From positions 1 through 64,000 of the forward strand of contig MU008159.1 in the NCBI GenBank assembly GCA_010909165.1: 64,000 nt of DNA, given 5' to 3'. This stretch comes from Anthoceros angustus. Lineage: Eukaryota > Plantae > Anthocerotophyta. This document shows positions 23,259 through 34,618 of the stretch, one piece after another. The position numbers and the translations under genes were made by a program. Every line of letters starts with the position of its first letter. Within the stretch, counting starts at the first letter, position 1. The notes beneath the pieces are model-generated. The model did not search any database, was not told where the DNA came from, and saw only the letters and a list, made by a program, of their open reading frames with translations.

Positions 23259-25360
23259 ATGGAGCCTCGATTAAAGCGTGAGGCTGCCTTCCACGCCAGT
23301 TATTCTGGCGAAGAAGCGAGACGGAGGTCATTCTTTCAAACAACCTCGCGACGATTTTCGCACTCTCTTGCGCTCAGACACCCGGCTCTCTGGCGTTGTC
23401 TTTTCGAGCGCTCAGGCACCCTTCCGCGCGGCTCGACTCGGTGGGCAAAGCGACTGACGCAGCGGCAGAAGGACGAGAGATTGTGGAGCCCCAAGTCTCG
23501 ACAGCGGGGCAGAAGGAGCGCAAGGATGGGACCAAAGAAAGCGGCGGAGGTGTGGGAGCCATGGCGCCTGGTGGAACGCAACATAGTCACCAAGCGCTAC
23601 CCAGACTTCGGTCCGTGGTTGGAGGAGGCGGAGGAGCTCGTGGAGGAATGGCACCTGGACATTTTCCAGGCTGTTTGGACCTTCGACAGCGTCATCCTAG
23701 TCCGGGAGTACGCCCGGAAAATGTTGGCAGCGGCCAACAAGGAGGTCCGATCCAAGAACCTAAGGTAGGACCCCAGGAGGTGGACCGTGGAGGTCCTGAG
23801 GGCAGTCTACAACCGCCCAGTAGAGGAAGTGGGAGGAGTCGTACCGGAGCCCCTGAAGGTGAAGGGGAAGGTGGAAGCGGCCAAGGCGGCTCTCTTGCGA
23901 CCCGGGACGCAGCGATCCTCGAATGGGTGGCTGATGTCGGACCTCCTAGACAGGAGGATGCGATCAGTGGCGAAGATTATAGTCCACTCGAACATGCTGA
24001 CCAAGGTGGACCACCTTGGAGACAATTTGTTGGTGTTTCTCCATGACCTCCAGAAAGGGAAACGCTACGACCGCAGTCCGGATCAACCAGAGGCTACAAG
24101 TCGAGGTGCAGAAGCCACCATCGGCATTATCACTGCTCTTGATCCATGTGTGGCACGCAAACCTCCTGAAGGAGGGTGAGGAGGAACGAGCACTCCGGAA
24201 GTGGCCGCCCCACCGAGGCGGAAGGGAGAGTGCAGGAGGCGGAGGCCCAGTCCGGAGCAAGAGGATCCGGGAGGATGAGGATTGGGAGGATCCCGGACTC
24301 CACGCCCTGATGGACCCCTCGCCACCTGTGGAAGTGTGGGAGGACATCCCACTTCTCCTCGTGCCCCACCGGGAGCAATGGCCACAGGAAGAGGCGCCAC
24401 AGGATTGCGGTTCCAGCCCGGCAGTGCTAGTTAGCAACAACAACGACTGCCGAGCTCGGACTCGGGAGCCAAGAGGTGGAAGACGCTACTACCAACGCAA
24501 AGACCGTGCGGCCGCTTGCCTCTCTACCAACTGAATGGCAAGAAGCGGAGGAGGCAAGAAGCGGAGGAGGCGGAAGGACGCCTAAGGAGCGGGAGGCTAC
24601 CGGCAGCACTCGAGCTCCGGCCCTGCCCCTCACCGAGAGGCAAAAGGCTACCTGAACCCCTTCACCACCTCCGAGCCCCAGGAGGAAAAGGGTGGAAGGA
24701 GTTAGCGGCCAAGAGGGCCAAGGAAGGCGAGGCTCCGGACCACTCCGGACCCAATCAGGACCCTTAGGTCCTGACTATTCCGGACCGAAGCTTCTACCTC
24801 CTTGGCCCAGGAGGACCCAGGAGGATGAGGATTGGGAGGGCATCCCGGACTCCATATGGCTGGAACGGACCCCCTTGCCGCTCAGGAAAGTATGGGAAGA
24901 AATTCCCGCTTCCCTCCTTTTGGTCCCTCCGCCAGAACACCCCTCACCATAGGCAACTATGACGGGGAGGGAGCCTGTAGTCGCTGCATCAGGACCTGAA
25001 CCCGCCTGCCCCTTAGCTACCGAGCCTCGCCCAGGAGGAGGCAAAGAAAGGAAAACGGCCCCACCACCATCGCCCAAGGTCCGCCTCCAAGGTGCCCTTG
25101 CCCTTGCCAGCGGAGTGGCGGGAGGCAAGAAGCGGTGAGAAGGGCAAAGCGGGATGCGTCCCAGGGAGCGGGAGGACACTGGCAGCAACCCCACCCCGAG
25201 CCCGTCTTATCACCGACGAGGCGGGGGAAACGGGCCAGCTCCCGGACTCCTTCACCGCCTCCGGACCACAAGCGTAGGCGGGCGGAGAAGGAGCTAGCGG
25301 CCAAAAGAGGAAGCACGCAGGCAGGCAGAGAGGGCCAAGGACTTGGCCGAAAAGTTTAAG
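23259..25360 (+). mobile_element. Family B retrotransposon extra-ORF segment (Athila ORF1/Transposase_32-like by motif), then acidic Pro-rich subrepeats
   Basis: MGPKKAAEVWEPW..VILVREYARKM..SSNGWLMSD..KGKRYD runs with one in-frame stop at about 23765. LVRE-Y/F, NGW and G-x-x-x-DW motifs recall Gypsy extra ORFs (inference). Subrepeat EDEDWE(D/G)IP..VWE(D/E)IP at 24271 and 24821. Confidence 0.6.
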
Positions 25361-25769
25361 GTGCTTTGCGGAAGCGTTTGATCAAAGTTTAGTGCTTTAC
25401 TAATTGATACAATTGATTACAAGAGGTGGGCTTTTATAGCTGGTTCAAGAGTTGTACCTCTTCGACTAGATACCAAAGGGTATGACCACGCTGGTTTATT
25501 GCTAACCATAACCAACGCGTCTGCATTTAACTCTCCTCTCGACTAGTTGGGTTATCTAAATCAAAGAACTAATAATCATTACCGGAGTATTGTATAAGTA
25601 CTACGGTCTTCAACTAAACTCAACTCACCGATCGTCACGGCCGCAAGTAAGATTGAAGCAAGCGGTCTACAATAGTCACAACTTCAAGTAATCGAACGCT
25701 CGAGATAAGATGCGCCTCACCAAATGTGTGATCGGTCCAGCAAAAGTCACATACCAACCAATCCAAGCC

Positions 25770-27555
25770 CTTCTCGTGGAAGCGTGTTTGAACTTCGCAA
25801 GGATTTTGTCAAGATATCTCAGACACGTCAGGGTACATAATCGCACTCAATTCCTCTCTCAGCCACGAATATAATGGTGTTGAATCTCAATATGCTTCGC
25901 GGCGCATGAAAGACAGGATTAGCGACAAGAGCAATGGTGACATATTGTCACAATTAAGCACCTGGCCCTTCCCGCTTCATATCCAAATCTTCACATAGCT
26001 TTCTTTCCCATTCACCTCTTCGTGGCTTGTGAGTGCTTTGTACTCGATGTTGATGAAAGTGATATTGCAGCTTGTTTCTACAAGACCAATTAACAATGGA
26101 GCGCAAGAAAGCAATATGTCGAGATACTTTTTCGTGTCGCCCTGCCCAACTGCATCGACAAAGCATGTCAAGAGATGCTTCTTTCCGCTAGGCTTGAAGC
26201 AGAGGCCATAATTTGAGTACCCTTGAGGTACCGCATGATGCGCTTGAGAGCAACCCGTGATCCTTTCCTCGGATTCTCGAGAACCGAGCAATAGCATTTA
26301 TGATTTGAGATATCGTCCGGTCTGACATTACTCAAGAACATGAGAGTACCAACTCCCATACGATAAGGAATATTTTCCATCTCTTTCTTTTCTTCTTGGT
26401 ATGACTCTTTTTGTTGCTTTTGTTGTTGCCAATCGTACCACCCTTGCTATCCACCATGAAAGCAGGCCCTTTTGTCAAGACTGGACCGTTAGTATCTTGT
26501 CGTTGTATTTTGGTTCTCCTTTGGTTTGCACCCAATATTTCATACAATGTTTGTTGTTGTTTGCGTCCAAAGATTGTGAAGCTTTGGAAGCCCAAGTGCC
26601 GTAAAGTAGTGTTAAAGATCTTGATTGACAAGCAGACCAACTATCGGGTGTATTCAACATCGACATGTTGAAAAGGTTAAGTGTAAAGGTGGTTTAAGTT
26701 TCATCCTTCATTCTCTTATTGTGTTTGTTCTATTCTATGTTTCTGTAGTATTAGCCCCACCACTAGTTTTGACGAGCATTTCGCCTCATTTCAACATTGA
26801 TGGTGCCCCGAGTGTGGTGGAGGTGATGCCTCGCTTGGAGGCCTGTGCCAAGTCATTGTGGTGAGACATCGAATCGGAAGTGCAACAGGAAGGATTGTGG
26901 ACAGTAGCGATGAAAGCTTAACACCCACGGCCAGTGCCGACCATTCTCCAAATTGAAGCTTTTAACATACCACTACATATCTTCCTTGATGGAGATAGAT
27001 AGCACCAGTGGTATCTCTATGTACATGCATCCCAAGAATATATTTAACTTTGCCGAGATCCTTCATCTCGAATTCTTTACTAAGGTTAGCTTTAATCTTG
27101 TTAACTAGTTCAATATTGTTGCCAGGAATAACTAGGTCATCAACATATAGTGCAACCAGCACAAGGGAGCTGTCCTTGCGGGGTACATAGATATTGGTGT
27201 CTGCTTCACTTTGGATAAAACCTATCTTCTTGAGGTAAGAGTCCATTCCCTCATACCATAAACGTGGGCTTTGCTTTAGTCCGTAAATAGAACGAATAAG
27301 TTTACACACCCTGTTTTGATATTATTCATCTTCATAGTCTTCTAGTTGATCCATATAGATCTCTTCTTGCAGATGACCATAAAGGAAAGCAGTACAAAGG
27401 TCAAGCTGATAAATTTCCAGATTAAGCTTGGCACATAAAGCCAGGAGCATTCTCACGGAAGCAGCCTTGACTATAGGTGAATAAACCTTATCGCCTTGAT
27501 AGTCCACTCCCTCTTTCTGACTATAACCCTTAGCCACTAGTAACCCGACCACGCG
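25770..27555 (-). mobile_element. Ty1/Copia RT-RNaseH remnant, interrupted
   Basis: LVAKGYSQKEGVDY, YQLDLCTAFLYG, SIYGLKQSPRLWY, LYVDDL, KDLGKVKYILGM, IPYRMGVGTLM, LKRIMRYLKGT, and RNaseH pieces (CDNMS..ANPVFH..KHIEIQHHYIR). Confidence 0.92.
26384..26901. repeat. About 520-bp dispersed copy of the 18-19.7 kb block inserted in Copia RT
   Basis: Same sequence as the 18.6-19.7 kb unit, ending gtcattgtggtgagac..ggaaggattgtgga. Copia coding sequence resumes on both sides. Confidence 0.9.
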
Positions 27556-28179
27556 CATCGCGCAGTTGCCAGCAGGAGGAGTGCGATTGGCGCGGCGACG
27601 ATGGACGCCTTTTTCGAGTGCGACAGGCTCCGGTCGAGGACGCACCTGACGCCATCGCCATCGCCAGCCTGTAGCACCTCCAACCAACCACTCGACAAAG
27701 TTGTTAGAAGAATGTCAGCCAATCAGATGGTTATCCCGTTTTGGGGATAATGAGGCATTCTTATTTTTTCGATTCAATTTTCCCATTTTCAGGTTATTTA
27801 TTCATTTCAATAAATGCTTTTAATTATAACTTAAGTTATAGTTGCTTGACTTCTTAGTTTTGAGAATTTCTTAGGCAACTTAAGGTCATTTTCTTAGCTT
27901 AATCTCACCCTCATCTCATAGTGAGTGGGAGCGATAAAACATATGACTATTTAGGGAACTATTCGTTAGGACACCTATAAATCCCTAGAATTAATGATTA
28001 ATTAATTGCTAGGGCTAGAAGTAGTTTCTTATGAAGTTACATAAGTAGTTAGTTGTTATATTGGTTATATTGGTTATATTGGTTACAACCACCTATAACC
28101 GTTTGTACTATATAAATACTTGCTCCAAGCAACATAATCAATGCTAAACGCATCTTAGAGCAAGCTATGATTCTCATCA

Positions 28180-29044
28180 GTTCTCACTGACCAGGGCAAA
28201 GAATTCCGTGGGGAATTTCAAGACTTGCTTGATAGGAGCTTGATTGATCATTGACGTACATCGAGAGATCATCCTCAAGCCGATGGACTTGCTGAACGCT
28301 TGGTGCAGACCTTCAAGCGGGCCTTGCGAAAGTATTGTCTCACGAATGACCCGAAGACATGGGATGAAGGGATGCCATACCTAGTGCTAGGGTACAAGGT
28401 GAGCAATCAAGCAGCCTTGAGCAATTTTTCGCCATACTACTTGTTGTATGGGCGACAACCATTTTTGCCAAACGTGAGGCAAGCAAGGCTACAAGCACCA
28501 GTGGATTGGCGCAATCCGGATGATTGCCTACGAGACCTGGAAAGGCGGGAAGAGCTTTTCAAACGGATCATGCCCATGGCAATGGAGAACCTTGCCATAG
28601 CGCAACACAGAGATCAACTGCGCTATGCTTACACACGAGGAGGGACATGGAAACCCAAGGTGCGCAAGTTCGAAGTTGGAGATTATGTCTACCGCATCGG
28701 AAGCCGTGCAACACCTTGGAGGTATCCACCACAGAGTCATCTTATGCGGGTCATGCGAGTAGGCAAAGATGGAGTGCTTGAGCTCAAGGATCCGATGGTC
28801 AAGATGGAAGGATCACCTCAAGAACTGCGCACCATGCCACTTACCCAATTTGGACCCTCAACTACGGCCTACAATGTGGCATCCACCCAAAGACTTGGAG
28901 TGTCAGGTTTGAGGACGTACTGATGATGATGATGTGATGCTTCTTTGCGATCGATGCAATAGGGGATACCACATGTTTTGTGTTCAACCACCTCTCGACG
29001 ACATTCCCGAGGAAGATTGGTTTTGTGCACAATGCACTACATGA
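28180..29044 (+). mobile_element. Ty3/Gypsy integrase C-terminal half with a terminal PHD finger, degenerate
   Basis: VLTDQGKEF..HPQADGLAERLVQTFK (DDE core), SPYYLLYGRQP, KFEVGDYVY (GPY/F-like), DHLKNCAPCHLPNLDP, then CQV*GRTDDDDVMLLCDRCNRGYHMFCVQPPLDDIPEEDWFCAQC at 28901-29035, stop at 29042-29044. Confidence 0.92.
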
Positions 29045-29103
29045 GGTGCGTACGTATGTAGTCCTACTAATGATAATGTTTTGACTTGGAGTCTCACATT
29101 ATC

Positions 29104-29112
29104 AGGGGGGGA
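29104..29112 (+). other. Polypurine tract preceding a putative 3' LTR (TG at 29114)
   Basis: aggggggga 60 nt after the integrase stop, followed by t-TGGTTGCACC. A duplicate PPT-like gggggat occurs at about 30699. Confidence 0.6.
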
Positions 29113-30118
29113 TTGGTTGCACCTATATATCTAGATGCGTATTAGATTTGTTTGCTTGGTTGTTGGTCGAGGAAGTGCTTATATGAATTCAAGTGCTTAC
29201 CTCGCATGCATACCGGCCATGCCGTGTGATACTAACCTCTGCACTTGGGTTTAGCGTTTGATTAGCATTAATTAATATAATTACTTATCTTTAAGTAATT
29301 AATTAGTGTTAATTAATCTAAGGTGCTTATGCTAATTAAGCATTGACAAAGGAGAAGAAGAGCGAGCCTGTGAGAGCGTTGGTAACCTCGCACAGTCAGT
29401 GGCGGAGAGGCGCGCACCTGTGAACCCGGAAGACACCACTCAAGCCGGCGGACCCGGAGGACGAAGACTAGGAAGGTATTCCGGACTCTATATGGCTGGA
29501 GCGGACCCCCTCGCCGGCCAGGGAAGTATGAGAAGAAATTCCCGCTTCCCTCCTTTTAGTCCCTCCGCCCGAACATCCCACGCCGGAGGTAACCACGACA
29601 GGGAGAGAGCTGGTGGTCGCTGTACCAGCAGATCAGCAACCTATGACAACCCCAACTACCGAGCCCCGCAGGACCAGGAGGGAGGCGAAGAAGAGGAAGA
29701 CGGCCCCCACCACTACGGCTCCAAGGACCGCTCCGGTCCCCTTGCCTTTGCCAACGGAGTGGCATGAGGCCGAGGAAGCGGTGAGAAGAGTAGAACAGGA
29801 TGCGGCCCAGGGGGCGGGAGGTCATTGGCAGCAACCCCACCCCGAGCCCTCTCTAAATGCAGTGAAAAGTTTTTCAGTCTGATGGCCTCTCATCGAACAG
29901 GACGACATGAACTTGAAGCTCAATGCCTTGCTCGAAGCTAGGTTTAGACTACGCCAGAGCTCAAATCATCAAGAGTGAAGAGCATGAAGAGGAAGGGAAA
30001 TGAGGCTTCAACTTCAAGTCCAATTTGAAGAGATCAAGGAGCGAGGAATACTAGTTTGGTGCTTTCTTTTAGTTGCTCCTTAAAAATCTTAGAAATTGAT
30101 AATCGGATTGGCTTTTGT

Positions 30119-30600
30119 GGGAATGTCCCTTTGTGTGTGTCTGGGGAATGCCCCCAATGTTTGTGTGAGGTGTGTCTAGGGAATGGCCCCAATGTTTGTG
30201 TGAGTGTGTGTGTCTAGGGCAATGGCCCCAATGTTTATGAGTCTGTGTGTCTCGGGAATGGCCCCAATGTTTGTGAGTCTGTGTGTCTAGGGAATGGCCC
30301 CAATATTTGTGTGATTGTGTGTGTCTGGGCGAATGGCCCCAATATTTGGAGCTTGTGAGCCAGTGAGCCTTGAGCATGTGAGCCTTGAGCCTGTGAGAGC
30401 GAGAGTTTGTGAGCCTGTGAACCTGTGAGAGCGAGAGCCTGTGAGAGCCTATGAGCTTGTGAGAGTGAGAGTCTATGAGAGCCTGAGCCTGTGAGAGCGA
30501 GAGCTTGTGAGCCTGTGAGAGCAAGAGCTGATTCCGTGAGAGCCAGTGTGGGTTTGTGCGAGTTTGTGCGGGCTGTTGTGAGTTTGTGTGAGGGTGTGTG
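30119..30600. repeat. Compound minisatellite: about 36-38 bp gggaatggccccaatgtttgtgtgagt.. units then about 10-bp gagcctgtga units
   Basis: Seen directly; duplicated at about 31670-32143, where it ends in (GT)15. Confidence 0.9.
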
Positions 30601-32107
30601 TTCATTTTGGGGTTTAGAGTCGTTTGCACTTGGTAGTAGCAATCCATTTCTCGTGTGTCTACTAATGATAATGTTTTGACTTGGAGTCTCACATTATCGG
30701 GGGATTGGTTTGCACCTATATATCTAGATGCATTAGATTTGTTTGCTTGGTTGTTGGTCGAGGAAGTGCTTATATGAATTCAAGTGCTTACCTGCATGAC
30801 AAATTGCCATGCCGTGTGATACTAATCTCGCACTTGGGTTTAGTGTTTGATTAGCATTAATTAATCTAATTACTTATCTTTAAGTAAGTAATTAGTGTTA
30901 ATTAATCTAAGGTGCTTATGCTAATTAAGCATTGACAAAGGAGAAGAAGAGCGAGCCAGCGCGTAACCCCGCTCGAGTCAAGTGAGGCGCGGCCCAGGAA
31001 CCAGAAGGACAGCCACTCAAGCCCAGGCGGACCCAGGAGGACGAAGACTAGGAAGGTATTCCGGACTCTATATGGTGGAGCGGACCCCTCGCCGCCTGTG
31101 GAAGTATGAGAAGAAATTCCGCCTCCTCCTTAGTCCCTCCCAACATCCCACGGAGGTAACCACAGGGAGAGCGTGGTGCATCAGCAGGATCGCAACCTAT
31201 GACAACCCCAACCACCGAGCCGCAGACTGTGGAGGAGGCGAAGAAGAGGAAGACGGCCCACCACTACGGCCTAAGGACCGCTCCCGGCCCCTTGCCTTTG
31301 CCAACGGAGTGGCATGAGGCCGAGGAAGCGGTGAGAAGAGTAGAACAGGATGCGCCCAGGGGCGGAGGTCGTGGCAAAGAACCCCACCCCGAGCCCTCTC
31401 TAAATGCAGTGAAAAGTTTTTCAGTCTGATGGCCTCTCATCGAACAGGACGACATGAACTTGAAGCTCAATGCCTTGCTCTGAAGCTAGGTTTAGACTAC
31501 GCCAGAGAGCTCAAATCATCAAGAGTGAAGAGCATGAAGAGGAAGGGAAATGAGGCTTCAACTTCGAAGTCCAATTTGAAGAGATCAAGGAGCGAGGAAT
31601 ACTAGTTTGGTGCTTTCTTTTAGTTGCTCCTTAAAAAATCTTAGAAATTGATACTGATATTGGCTTTTTGTGGGGAATGTCCCCTTTGTGTGTGTCTGGG
31701 GGAATGCCCCCAATGTTTGTGTGAGTGTGTGTCTAGGGGAATGGCCCCAATGTTTGTGTGAGTGTGTGTGTCTAGGGCAATGGCCCCAATGTTTATGAGT
31801 CTGTGTGTCTCGGGAATGGCCCCAATGTTTGTGAGTCTGTGTGTCTAGGGAATGGCCCCAATATTTGTGTGATTGTGTGTGTGCGCGAATGGCCCCAATA
31901 TTTGGAGCTTGTGAGCGGTGAGCCTTGAGCATGTGAGCCTTGAGCTGTGAGAGCGAGTTTGTGAGCCTGTGAACTGTGAGAGCGAGAGCTGTGAGAGCTA
32001 TGAGCTTGTGAGAGTGAGAGTCTATGAGAGCCTGAGCCTGTGAGAGCGAGAGCTTGTGAGCCTGTGAGAGCAAGAGCGATTCCGTGAGAGCGAGAGCCTG
32101 TGAGTTT

Positions 32108-32144
<37 letters not shown>

Positions 32145-32414
32145 CATTTTGGGGTTTAGAGTCGTTTGCACTTGGTAGTAGCAATCCATTTCTCGTGTGT
32201 CTCACTAATTCACAACAAGGTGCAGCATACAAAGTTTACAACAAAGTACGTTGTAAAACATTTGTTGTAAATATGCCTCATTTAAAGAAGCTGAAAATTA
32301 TATATTTGTATCATTAATATTATGTATTTATGTATATAAGTATTTTTTGCATAAATATATTACCTAAAAGGACCTTGCAATTTAAATGTTGTCATTCCTT
32401 TTAAAATTACGATA

Positions 32415-33420
32415 TTGTAGATGGTTTTGTAAAACAAGTCGTTGTAAAGTGGGTTGTACCCGCACCGAGACGTCTCAAATTTAGATGTTGTAATTCCTTT
32501 TGTAATTGGGATATTGTAGATGGTTTTGTAAAACAGGTCATTGTAAAGTGCGTTGTACCCGCACTGAGACGTCTCAAACGTAGATGTTGTAATTCCTTTT
32601 GTAATTGGGATATTGTAGATGGTTTGTAAAACAGGTCGTTGTAAAGTGCGTTGTACCCGCACCGAGACGTCTCAAACTTAGATGTTATGATTCCTTTTGT
32701 AATTGGGATATTGTAGATGGTTTTGTAAAACCGGTCGTTGTAAAGTGCGTTGTACCTGCACCGAGACGTCTCAAATGTAGATGTTGTAATTCCTTTTGTA
32801 ATTGGGATATTGTAGATGGTTTTGTAAAACAATTCATTGTAAAGTGCGTTGTACCCGCACTGAGACGTCTCAAACGTAGATGTTGTAATTCCTTTTGTAA
32901 TTGGGATATTGTAGATGGTTTTGTAAAACAGTAAAGTGCGTTGTACCGCACCGAGACGTCTCAAATGTAGATGTTGTAATTCCTTTTGTAATTGGGATAT
33001 TGTAGATGGTTTTGTAAAACAATTCATTGTAAAGTGCGTTGTACCCGCCGAGACGTCTCAAACGTAGATGTTGTAATTCCTTTTGTAATTGGGATATTGT
33101 AGATGGTTTTGTAAAACAGTCGTTGTAAAGTGCGTTGTACCCGCACCGAGACGTTTCAAACTTAGATGTTATGATTCCTTTTGTAATTGGGATATTGTAG
33201 ATGGTTTTGTAAAGTCGTTGTAAAGTGCGTTGTACCCGCACCTTAAAGGGCCTCAAACTTAGATGTTATGATTCCTTTTGTAATTGGGATATTGTAGATG
33301 GTTTTGTAAAACAATTCATTGTAAAGTGCGTTGTACCCGCACTGAGACGTCTCAAACTTAGATGTTGTAATTCCTTTTGTAATTGGGATATTATAAATGG
33401 TTTTATACAAGGCGTTGTAA
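32415..33420. repeat. 99-bp tandem array, 10 units plus a partial unit
   Basis: Unit starts at 32415, 32514, 32613, 32711, 32810, 32909, 33000, 33097, 33195, 33292, 33391. Units carry several TTGTAA/TTGTA motifs and, in most, the palindrome GAGACGTCTC. Confidence 0.97.
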
Positions 33421-33424
33421 ATAG

Positions 33425-33758
33425 GTGATGTGGCAAGGGTTGCTGACTAGGCGCCACATGGTAGTGCCACATCATCACATGGTGATGTGGCGATGCGGGC
33501 CATGTCATCAAATCCTACCACGTCATCACATGATGATGTGGCAACGAAGGGCCACGTGGCAACAACATGCCATGTCATCACTTGGTGATGTGACGATAAT
33601 GTGGCACCACATCACCACTTTAATGACATGGCGCTAGAACTGGCCATGTCAGCAATTTTACAATGTCATGAAGCTCTCGGATTACAACGGCGTTGTTGCC
33701 CCGTTTTACAACGCTGCATTGTAACACCCGTTGTAAAAACCCTAATTTTCTTATAGTG
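33425..33758. mobile_element. Right terminus of a CACTA (En/Spm) DNA transposon
   Basis: Ends TTTTCTTATAGTG (reverse complement CACTATAAGAAAA) at 33746-33758, preceded by subterminal direct and inverted motifs (TGATGTGGC/GCCACATCA, TTACAAC/GTTGTAA). No matching left TIR seen in the window. Confidence 0.85.
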
Positions 33759-34618
33759 GTAGCAGGGATAGGCAGGGTGGCGTGGAGGATCCAAGTCCCA
33801 TCTCCAAGGAATCCACGTTACCCATCGAGGCATGAGCTTGGGCCCTAAGCTCCTTGATAAAAAGATTGTCTCAAAAGCAGCCTATGCTAGACATTGCATA
33901 AGAGTCATTTAACATATCTACCTTTTTACATTTTTAGTATAACCTCATATACAAAGTATTGAAGAGTAGAGTAGAGTAGAGTAATGATGAATATGTTTAT
34001 GTTTATGGAATGAGGGATGGAGAGGGACATAGGGAAGAAAATGAACTTCAATGAACAACGAAACATGTTATAAAGTCCAGCCCAAAATGCTTGTGTTGAA
34101 GAGCAAAAGAAGAACAAATCAAGCATTGATTCTCGAGCTGAAAAGCACTTAGCATACAACGGTGAGATGAGAGAAAAACTTGGCGAGTCTAAGCTCAGTA
34201 ATGAGAGAGCTCGATGAAGAAGTAGCCAAAGAAACGATTGAAACTTGGGTGGCAACACTCTGCACCAAAAAAGATGGAAACTTTTGCCTCCATCGTCCAT
34301 CAGACAATACCAAAGTTGACTAAACTTTCTAAATTAAGTAAAATGTAGATCGGCCATTTATTTACCTAAAAACTCACAAACTAATATTGTCTTTGAGTCG
34401 TTACGGCGATATTAGGTTATAGGTTATAGCCTCTCAAAACGCTTAACCAGTCACCAAGCTGTAAAATATTAAAGTAAAGACATCAAAGTACTAGACATAT
34501 TCGTTTCTCTTTTTGGACCTGCTACTTACAAATAGAGGCAAGCTGTTATATGAATACATGTATAAGGAGTAATGGTGGGAACGTAATCAGCTGGTACTAG
34601 GCCGATGAGGGTCGGGCC

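Larger units (their letters stand above)
29065..32207. repeat. Direct tandem duplication, units about 29065-30658 and 30659-32207
   Basis: Both start with ctactaatgataatgttttgacttggagtctcacattatc and contain the same AT-rich LTR-like block, family B fragment (about 29400-29855 and 31000-31395) and minisatellites. The ctactaat-like word sits at all three junctions. Confidence 0.92.

Noticed and set aside
32203-32207. CACTA at 32203 as the left TIR of the element ending at 33758
   Set aside because: Continues CACTAATTC rather than CACTATAAGAAAA, the flanking 3-mers (tct versus gta) do not match, and it is a variant of the ctactaat duplication junction.
30069-32232. His/Ser/Thr-rich ORFs 30069-30692 and 31585-32232
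   Set aside because: Produced by minisatellites; no plausible start context, and frames differ between the two copies.
32415-33420. 99-bp array as a CRISPR array or as coding sequence (ORFs 32360-33511)
   Set aside because: No unique spacers and the context is eukaryotic; frames stay open only because the unit is 33 codons long.
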